DNA of 64,000 bases from the NCBI GenBank assembly GCA_014297435.1, contig JACOQA010000004.1, forward strand, positions 30,043 through 94,042. Direction: 5' to 3'. A model generated the notes under the pieces. The model saw only the letters and a list, made by a program, of their open reading frames with translations, was not told where the DNA came from and ran no database searches. The DNA is from Candidatus Nanohaloarchaea archaeon (lineage in GTDB: Archaea > Nanohalarchaeota > Nanosalinia > Nanosalinales > Nanosalinaceae). Each line of letters opens with the position of its first letter. Positions within the stretch are counted from its first letter, which is position 1. This document shows, in pieces, positions 28,053 through 34,635 of this stretch. Position numbers and translations under genes: made by a program.

Positions 28053-28694
28053 CTATTCTATAAGGAACTTCCTATAGAGATCCTTAGTATTTCTATAAAC
28101 TACAAATCCAACGACTAAGAGAACTATACCCAGAGCTACAGCGGTCGAAGCTTTGTCGATCTGTGAAGCAATATCTCTGAAACCCTTCTGAGCATACCAA
28201 CCAATCATAGCTAACCCAAAGTTACGGGGAAGCATCCCTACGAAGCTCCAGAAGCCGTATTTCCTCCAATCCATTCTAAAAAGACCTGCGCTACCTGAAA
28301 TCAGCGAAAGAGGTACAAGCGGAATAGCCCTGAACAGAGCTACGTAGTATCCTTCACGACCTGAATCGAAGTGATGTTCCAGACCTTCGATCTCCTTCCA
28401 AGAAATATCCAGGTAGCGACCGTACTTCTCGATTATAGGCTTGCCTCCCTTATATGCGATCCCATAGACAAAATAAGAGCTTATCACTGAGGCAATTGAT
28501 GCAGGAAGAGCAATCCAGAAAAATATCTCTAAAGCTGCAGCTCCGATTGTGGTTGCCTCTACTAGAAATGCTCCGGCAGCCATAGGTATAATCGGTGACG
28601 GAATCGGAACTATAACCTCCTCTATCACCATTCCCAGAACCACTGCTAGTAACTTGTATTCTATTACGAGCTGGATTAGTTGGGAAGCTACCAT
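28053..28694 (-). CDS. DedA/SNARE-associated family membrane protein
   Basis: Multi-TM protein with the DedA-like stretch EEVIVPIPSPIIPMAAGAF and the conserved G/R pattern (FRAIPLVPLSLISGSAG). Confidence 0.6.
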   Translation of the reverse strand: MVASQLIQLVIEYKLLAVVLGMVIEEVIVPIPSPIIPMAAGAFLVEATTIGAAALEIFFWIALPASIASVISSYFVYGIAYKGGKPIIEKYGRYLDISWKEIEGLEHHFDSGREGYYVALFRAIPLVPLSLISGSAGLFRMDWRKYGFWSFVGMLPRNFGLAMIGWYAQKGFRDIASQIDKASTAVALGIVLLVVGFVVYRNTKDLYRKFLIE

Positions 28695-28738
28695 GGAAAT
28701 AAAGTTAACACCTAGTTTAATGTAAAGACCTTAGTCGC

Positions 28739-30172
28739 TCATAGATCTGAGAGAAGTCCTTCAAAGAACTGAATAATTTTTTGAAGTAAACCGGTTTTTC
28801 TCTTGACTTCCTGTGTTCTGTTTGGAAGACTTAATTTCTGGATCTCTAAATTGCTGGATGATCCTTCAGGCTTTGCTGTATAAACAGGATAATCAAAGTC
28901 GTTAACTTTTTCAAGACATTTTTCGAATTTCTCCCTCTCATTGTAATTACAGGGCTTCATGTCCATCCTTTTACTGAAAAACTCCCACTTCTCCTCAGGG
29001 CTCTTAACCTTTGAATCGAAATCCATGCCCTCATAAAGTTCGTATATCGAACCGTTATCCCTAACATAATTTCTCATAACGAGTTCTGAGTAAGCGTATC
29101 CGAAATCTCTGTAATCAGCAAAATTATGGGGGTTCCAGTTCTTCATGAAGCTCATATTTTGGTCGTAGTACTGCCAAAGTGTTTCCCTTGAGCCTTTCGA
29201 CTCTAAGGAATAGATAACATTTTTCCCCTCTATCTCGGATCTATACTCCTCCTTCTCCCCGAATAGGGATCTGGGACCGATATCTATCCTTCCCGAATTG
29301 TAGAGTTTTTTCCTCATCAAAAACTCCGCATACTCGGAAGTTCCCTCCTCAAAGTAAGATGACTTTGTTCCATCCCATTTTAGCTTCCTGTCGTTCAAAC
29401 CGTGTACCACTTCATGCGACAGAACCGGTAGAGAACTTTCACCTAGATTTTTCCTAAGCCGGATGCTTCCTGAAACATATTCTCCTGCACTCCACCTGTT
29501 TACTGTTCTGTTGTACTTTTCACTGGGTAGAGTGGCAGCCGGAAATCTTTCGAAGCCTTGAACCTGTCCAATAGTTCCTACTGCTACAGTATAAGCTTCG
29601 TCCGCGTTTTCGGGCAGAGAGCCGAAGAAGTTGAAATAGTCGGTAACGTTCCCCTTCCCGAAGTTAAGCCTGATATTGGTAGGTCCTTCTCCTCTGAACT
29701 GCATTTTCGAGCCTTTGTACGATGATAAAAATCCGTAATCGATCCAACCCGAGATAAAGTCTACAACTTTTACAGTTCCAGTGGTTTTCTCTCCTTTGAA
29801 GCTTGGAAGTGAAAGTTCTCGTCTGTGCCAGTCCTCATGGATTTTTTCTGCCTCCTCATTAATCTTCATCCTAATTTGCAGGGTTTCGGAATTCCTAGGT
29901 CTTCCTTTGTTTGTGGATACAATCACCGAATCGTTGGATAAAGTATAACTATCTATTCTACCCAAAGAGTCGTTAATACCAATTATTTCAGCGTTTTCAG
30001 GTATTTTCCAGTCCAGCCTCCAGTTTGATACAGGACATTCTTCCTGACAGTCAAGTTTGACTGTTGTGTTCATCAAAATCTTCTCTCTGTCCGCTTCAAT
30101 ACTGTACTGGACTTCGGCAGCGGATGAAGCAATGAAAATTATGAGTAGAACAAGAACGATTTTTTTCCTCAT
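28739..30172 (-). CDS. Secreted zinc metalloprotease (gluzincin, HExxH+E)
   Basis: HEVVHGLND followed 18-19 residues later by FEEGTSEY. The start is taken at MRKKIVLVLLIIFIASSAA (signal peptide), not at the upstream ATG 30244. Confidence 0.6.
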   Translation of the reverse strand: MRKKIVLVLLIIFIASSAAEVQYSIEADREKILMNTTVKLDCQEECPVSNWRLDWKIPENAEIIGINDSLGRIDSYTLSNDSVIVSTNKGRPRNSETLQIRMKINEEAEKIHEDWHRRELSLPSFKGEKTTGTVKVVDFISGWIDYGFLSSYKGSKMQFRGEGPTNIRLNFGKGNVTDYFNFFGSLPENADEAYTVAVGTIGQVQGFERFPAATLPSEKYNRTVNRWSAGEYVSGSIRLRKNLGESSLPVLSHEVVHGLNDRKLKWDGTKSSYFEEGTSEYAEFLMRKKLYNSGRIDIGPRSLFGEKEEYRSEIEGKNVIYSLESKGSRETLWQYYDQNMSFMKNWNPHNFADYRDFGYAYSELVMRNYVRDNGSIYELYEGMDFDSKVKSPEEKWEFFSKRMDMKPCNYNEREKFEKCLEKVNDFDYPVYTAKPEGSSSNLEIQKLSLPNRTQEVKRKTGLLQKIIQFFEGLLSDL

Positions 30173-30195
30173 ACCCAAGGATTGGCTTGTAGCAA

Positions 30196-30202
30196 ATAAA
30201 AG
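30196..30202 (+). promoter_or_regulatory. TATA-like box ATAAAAG, 29 nt before the dcd ATG
   Basis: It sits in the 52-bp divergent intergenic region between 30172 (minus strand) and 30225 (plus strand). Confidence 0.35.
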
Positions 30203-30224
30203 AACATATGACCAAGAATGTAGT

Positions 30225-30812
30225 ATGGCTATACTCTCGGACAAGGAGATTAGAAGGATCGTAAGGGAGAAAAACGCGGTAGAAGCGAAGAAAGGTCCTG
30301 AAATAGATCTTGATCTTCAGGTTGGACCGGCCTCGATGGATTTCAGATTGGGATACGAATTCGGCGTGATGAACACACGAAAGTTAGATATTATAGATAC
30401 TAAGAACATGGAGAAGTACCAGAAATACATAGAGAAAGAGAAACATACTGCTGAGGACGGTATTGTTATACATCCTGGCGAGTTCATCCTTGGTTCAACA
30501 ATCGAGAAGATAAACCTGCCTGATAACATGGTTGCTAGAGTTGAAGGTAGATCCAGTTATGGAAGACTGGGAATAATCGTTCACTCGACGGCAGGATTTG
30601 TTGATCCAGGTTTTGAGGGGGATGTAACTCTGGAGATCCAGAACCTTGGAAACGCACCCGTGAGAATGTATCCTGAAGACCGTGTATGCCAGGTAGCGTT
30701 CGAGACCATGGAAGGTGAGGTAGAGAGTCCTTACGGAGAGAAGAAAGACGTTAAATATATGGGACAGACCGGCGCAACCGGATCTAAACTAGACAGGGAG
30801 AAGAGGGAATGA
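30225..30812 (+). CDS. dcd: dCTP deaminase (dUTPase-fold)
   Basis: MAILSDKEIRR..., VEGRSSYGRLGIIVHSTAGFVDPGFEGDVTLEIQN. The start is taken at the internal ATG 30225; the ORF-track extension from 30057 is antisense to the protease gene. Confidence 0.88.
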   Translation: MAILSDKEIRRIVREKNAVEAKKGPEIDLDLQVGPASMDFRLGYEFGVMNTRKLDIIDTKNMEKYQKYIEKEKHTAEDGIVIHPGEFILGSTIEKINLPDNMVARVEGRSSYGRLGIIVHSTAGFVDPGFEGDVTLEIQNLGNAPVRMYPEDRVCQVAFETMEGEVESPYGEKKDVKYMGQTGATGSKLDREKRE

Positions 30813-31558
30813 AACCTGTAGACTGCCACTGCCATTTAGACTTCGAACAGTACAAAGATGATCGAGAGAAAGTAGTTGAGAGAGCCAGAGACAATCTGGA
30901 GTTCGTCATTAACGCAGGAAGCAACTTGAAACATAACGGCAAGGCTCTCGAGCTACAGGCGAAATATGAAGGTTTTGTTTACGCTAATCTCGGACTACAT
31001 CCTACTTATACCGAAGATTTTGACCAACTTGAGGAAATTAAAAAAAAGATACGGGATGAAGACCCTATAGCCATCGGCGAGATTGGTCTAGATCATCACC
31101 ATGTAGAAGATGACGCAATTCGGGAGAGACAGGAAGAGGTTTTCCGCGGAATGCTTCAACTAGCCGAAGAGCTTGAGAAACCAATTGTCGTACATACAAG
31201 AGATGCGGAGAAGAAATCAGTTGAGATTATAGAAGAATATGATATAGAGAACGTTATGCTACACTGTTTTAACGGCAAACCTGATTTAGCGAAGAGAGCA
31301 GCAAAAAATGGCTGGAAAATAGGTGTGACCACCCAGGTTCTCTATTCTGCAAGAGTTCAGAATATTGTTGAGAAGTTAAGCCTAGAATCTATTTTGCTGG
31401 AGACTGATTCGCCCTTCCTTTATCGCGGTGAGAGAAACGAACCTGCAAACGTAAAGGAATCTGTAGAAAAGATTTCTGAGATCAAAGACCTCGAAGAGAC
31501 AGAGGTTCACGAGAGAACTACTTCCAGCGCCAAAAAGTTCTTCGGCTTGGAAGGTTGA
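30809..31558 (+). CDS. TatD-family metal-dependent hydrolase/DNase
   Basis: DCHCHLDF (HxH), GEIGLDHHH, VVHTRDA, MLHCFNG and ETDSPF. ATGA overlap with dcd. Confidence 0.85.
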   Translation: MKPVDCHCHLDFEQYKDDREKVVERARDNLEFVINAGSNLKHNGKALELQAKYEGFVYANLGLHPTYTEDFDQLEEIKKKIRDEDPIAIGEIGLDHHHVEDDAIRERQEEVFRGMLQLAEELEKPIVVHTRDAEKKSVEIIEEYDIENVMLHCFNGKPDLAKRAAKNGWKIGVTTQVLYSARVQNIVEKLSLESILLETDSPFLYRGERNEPANVKESVEKISEIKDLEETEVHERTTSSAKKFFGLEG

Positions 31559-31576
31559 AGGGTTGAAGCGTATTTC

Positions 31577-31583
31577 TTTATAT
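31577..31583 (+). promoter_or_regulatory. TATA-like box TTTATAT, 28 nt before the ATG at 31605
   Basis: Spacing identical to other genes in this window. Confidence 0.35.
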
Positions 31584-31604
31584 GTTGGGCATTAAGTATC
31601 CAAT

Positions 31605-32069
31605 ATGGTACTCGAAAAGTTCAAGGACAAGGTTTCTACGGAGCCTAATGTTGCGGTTTACGTTGACGGACCGAACGTGATCAGGAAACAGTTCGATTTA
31701 GACCTGGATGCTTTGAGAGAGAAGGTTGAAGACTTTGGAAACATAAAAGTTGGAAAAGTCTTCCTCAATCAATACGCCTCCGAAAAACTAATTGAGGCAA
31801 TAGTATCACAGGGCTTTGAACCAGCTCTAGGTCTTGGAGGAGAAAAAGATAAAGAAAGCGATGTCGACGTCTATATGGCGGTAAATGCGATGGAATCCGT
31901 GTTCTCGGATGATATTGACGTAGTTGTTATCGTTACAAGAGACGCTGACTTCCTTCCGGTTGTTCAGAAAGCAAAAGAACATGGTAAAGAAACTGTAGTT
32001 ATAGGAATGGAGCCAGGCTTTTCCACAGCACTTCAGAACGCAGCGGACGAAGTAATCGAACTAGACTAA
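31605..32069 (+). CDS. NYN-domain (LabA-like) predicted RNase
   Basis: VAVYVDGPNV, DVDVYMAV and VVIVTRDADFLPVVQKAKEHGKETVVIG match the NYN/LabA acidic motifs. Confidence 0.7.
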   Translation: MVLEKFKDKVSTEPNVAVYVDGPNVIRKQFDLDLDALREKVEDFGNIKVGKVFLNQYASEKLIEAIVSQGFEPALGLGGEKDKESDVDVYMAVNAMESVFSDDIDVVVIVTRDADFLPVVQKAKEHGKETVVIGMEPGFSTALQNAADEVIELD

Positions 32070-32072
32070 AAA

Positions 32073-32393
32073 ATGGCTCCGATCAACTTCAACCTTACAT
32101 CTACCTTCGATCTTCTTGTAGGCATATTAATGCTGTTTACTGCATCTCCCGTCCCAGTAGTTTTTGCAGAAATACACGCATTCTTTCTGATCTTCAAAGG
32201 ATCTGTAACCCAGATCAAGGGATTTCCTCCCGTGATGCCAATATTTATCTTGGGTACTGTAGCAGACCTAATCTCAGCAGCTATAATATATACTGGTAAA
32301 CCGCCGATATTTGCTGATTACAAAGTATGGATAGCAGGATTCTTGGCTTTCAAAGGTTTTTCAAGCCTTCTCGGTATAATGTCGATGAGTTAG
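32073..32393 (+). CDS. Small integral membrane protein (3 predicted TM segments)
   Basis: Hydrophobic 106-aa ORF beginning 3 nt after the upstream stop. Confidence 0.45.
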   Translation: MAPINFNLTSTFDLLVGILMLFTASPVPVVFAEIHAFFLIFKGSVTQIKGFPPVMPIFILGTVADLISAAIIYTGKPPIFADYKVWIAGFLAFKGFSSLLGIMSMS

Positions 32394-32400
32394 AAAAAAT

Positions 32401-32925
32401 TTATCTTCTGCCCTGAAGGTTCTGATTAATTCTCTTGAGGAGCTCAATAATCTGTTCGTTCTGCGACTTGAGTTCTTCAAAATCCCCTCTCTGATTGGCT
32501 ACCGATTCATTCGAGGGCTGCAGTTCGTTTCTGCCTCTCTGACCCTGTCTTCCAAGATCCTGCTGATTTCCCTGACCTTGGTGTCTTTGCTGTCTCTGGT
32601 TCTGATTCTGGTTGTTTAAACCTGCGTTCTCCATTTTTCTCTTCGTCTGGCTACTAAGCTGAGGTGAGCTAGAGCCTGGATCAGGTCTTCCAGCTTGGGC
32701 GTTCGGATGCTGACTGTTCTGAGATCTCTGGTTCCGGGAAGGGTTCGGATTCTGGTTTCTCTGACTCTTCTGGTTGTTGTTCATATTGTTTCCAGGCGGG
32801 GGATTGTTCTGTCCCTGATTATTATTTCCTAGATCCGGTTCGTCCAGCGAGCTGTCTAGATCTGCCGAGTCAAATCTGGAATCCTCATCGTTAGAGCCCG
32901 GCTTTAAGTCATCGAATACGCCCAT
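32401..32925 (-). CDS. Q/N/R-rich low-complexity (prion-like composition) protein with a C-terminal short helix
   Basis: NNNQGQNNPPPGNNMNNNQKSQRNQNPNPSRNQRSQNSQ...NNQNQNQRQQRHQGQGNQQ. The start is taken at MGVFDD; the ORF-track start at 33048 would overlap the divergent gene. Confidence 0.5.
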   Translation of the reverse strand: MGVFDDLKPGSNDEDSRFDSADLDSSLDEPDLGNNNQGQNNPPPGNNMNNNQKSQRNQNPNPSRNQRSQNSQHPNAQAGRPDPGSSSPQLSSQTKRKMENAGLNNQNQNQRQQRHQGQGNQQDLGRQGQRGRNELQPSNESVANQRGDFEELKSQNEQIIELLKRINQNLQGRR

Positions 32926-32967
32926 AGAGCCTTGTTTAAAAACTTGGTTGATAAGGTTTCCGGCCTC

Positions 32968-32975
32968 TTTAAGTA
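32968..32975 (+). promoter_or_regulatory. TATA-like box TTTAAGTA, 30 nt before the GTG at 32998
   Basis: It supports the GTG at 32998 as a leaderless start for the 545-aa orphan. Confidence 0.3.
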
Positions 32976-32997
32976 CAAGTTTGACTAAAAACCAAGC

Positions 32998-34635
32998 GTG
33001 AGCCACGGTCACGACTACTCTGATACTGAACACTGCGAGTTCGGTCACACCTTCGTAGACGAAGACGGTCCCAAGTACCCCCGAGAGGTAGAAGGTGAAG
33101 AAATCTACAGCTTAAGCGACTTAGAGGAAGCTACTGATGACACATTTCTGAAACCTATAATGGGCGATCAGTGGAAAAAGATGAAAGTCAAAGGCTCACA
33201 GGGAGACGGCTTCGGAGCAATACTAGAATCAATCGACACATTTGACACTGATAAGGACTGGGAGGTTTCAATGGTAGCCGAAGAACTTTTTGTATCGCCT
33301 CAAAGCGAACTGCATGGAAGCTACATGCAGCAGAGACAGCAGGCAGAACAAAGAGTAAAGGAAACGATGAGAAGTCTTTCCGAACAGATAAAACAGAAAC
33401 ATATGCTAGAACACGATATTAGGAAGCTTAGATCAAGAGCTGAAGCGATGGAAGATCAGGATGACGCAGTTCTTAAAGGTGATTTCGTCGAGTTGGTCGA
33501 TTCTGCTGGAGGCGGACAAGGTGCTGCACCTGGCTCACTTGACTTCCTTAGAAACAACAATATCTACCCTACAATCGTCTCAGACTTCAATGAAATGGAT
33601 TCTGTAGAGGATCTGGAAGACGATGGAGTTTTAGGAGACCTTCCAGAGAATGAGAAAGCCATACTAAAGAAAAAATTCAAAATGTACGAGAAGTGGAAAG
33701 ATCTTTACGGCTCCGAGGTACAGAGAAAACTGAGAGAGCTTAAGGGCGAACTAAGAAGCACTGAAAGATCGATCAGTGAGACAAAAAACTGGTTAGAACC
33801 TTACATCAAGGACATGGTCACGATCAACGACATGACAGCCGGCGATACAGACCAAACGAAGGGAATGAACCCTCAGTACATTTCGAGAGGCTACTCGTCC
33901 ATGGAGCGCCACATGACCTATATTGCTTATCAGCCTGTGAAGCCTGAGAACGGCAACTTGGTAGAGGCAGAGGATGAGGATCATGCCACGCATTTCAAGG
34001 TAATCTACCTCCATGGCGTACTGGTAAATATAGGTAATCCTTCAGAGCCGAGACAGGTCGGGAGTGAGACCGGTGTAATGATGTGGCATCCGGCAATCGT
34101 CTGCAGACACGTCTTCGAGAGAATATTCGAGCCCAAGATTGAGGAGGCTGACAAAAAGGTCGAAACCTTAATGGAAGAGTACACCGGAGAGTTTTCACCT
34201 ACGGATACCGATCTTAAAGCTGCTAGAAACGCTGAAGACTTAGCTATAAGAGATCTCAGAAAGAAAGTAGGCGAAAAACTCAGAGAAAAGGGAGAACTCG
34301 ATGAAAACCAGCAAGTTCCTTTAGAGTTCTCAGCGACAATCAGGAGGATAGAAGACGGCTTCGAAAGCGTCGAAAGTATTGCTGAAGATGACAGCTACGG
34401 AGAACCTTATCTTGAAGCTTTAGAGGAAGTTCTCGGGACTACCTTCACAGGTAATGGTGATGGGGATGACTGGGAAGAACCAACTAAATTTCAGAAAAAG
34501 ATTAAGAGGTTTATTGGAAGTACAGATGATTTCGATATAAATTCTGACGCACAGTATGGAGAATATTCTTTCGAACTAATCACAGACTACTATATCGATT
34601 TGAAAAAAGGTCTAGGACTTTACACGATGAAATGA
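32998..34635 (+). CDS. Large orphan protein (545 aa) with His/Cys-containing N-terminus and central coiled-coil-like region
   Basis: Long acidic ORF. N-terminus is HGHDYSDTEHCEFGH. Heptad-like stretch QQRQQAEQRVKETMRSLSEQIKQKHMLEHDIRKLRSRAEAME. Its stop overlaps the next start (ATGA at 34632..34635). Confidence 0.6.
   Translation: MSHGHDYSDTEHCEFGHTFVDEDGPKYPREVEGEEIYSLSDLEEATDDTFLKPIMGDQWKKMKVKGSQGDGFGAILESIDTFDTDKDWEVSMVAEELFVSPQSELHGSYMQQRQQAEQRVKETMRSLSEQIKQKHMLEHDIRKLRSRAEAMEDQDDAVLKGDFVELVDSAGGGQGAAPGSLDFLRNNNIYPTIVSDFNEMDSVEDLEDDGVLGDLPENEKAILKKKFKMYEKWKDLYGSEVQRKLRELKGELRSTERSISETKNWLEPYIKDMVTINDMTAGDTDQTKGMNPQYISRGYSSMERHMTYIAYQPVKPENGNLVEAEDEDHATHFKVIYLHGVLVNIGNPSEPRQVGSETGVMMWHPAIVCRHVFERIFEPKIEEADKKVETLMEEYTGEFSPTDTDLKAARNAEDLAIRDLRKKVGEKLREKGELDENQQVPLEFSATIRRIEDGFESVESIAEDDSYGEPYLEALEEVLGTTFTGNGDGDDWEEPTKFQKKIKRFIGSTDDFDINSDAQYGEYSFELITDYYIDLKKGLGLYTMK

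Noticed and set aside
30057-30224. N-terminal extension of dcd proposed by the ORF track
   Set aside because: The extension is antisense to the start of the metalloprotease gene and is not dcd-like. The canonical dCTP deaminase N-terminus (MAILSDKEI) begins at 30225, with an ATAAAAG box 29 nt upstream.
30173-30244. N-terminal extension of the metalloprotease (MSESIAILHSWSYVLLFATSQSLG)
   Set aside because: The internal start MRKKIVLVLLIIFIASSAA gives a textbook signal peptide and removes the overlap with dcd.
32926-33048. Upstream start (33048) for the Q/N-rich protein, which would add a hydrophobic N-terminus
   Set aside because: It would overlap the divergent 545-aa gene, whose GTG at 32998 has a TATA-like box about 30 nt upstream. 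This remains uncertain and is kept only as an alternative.
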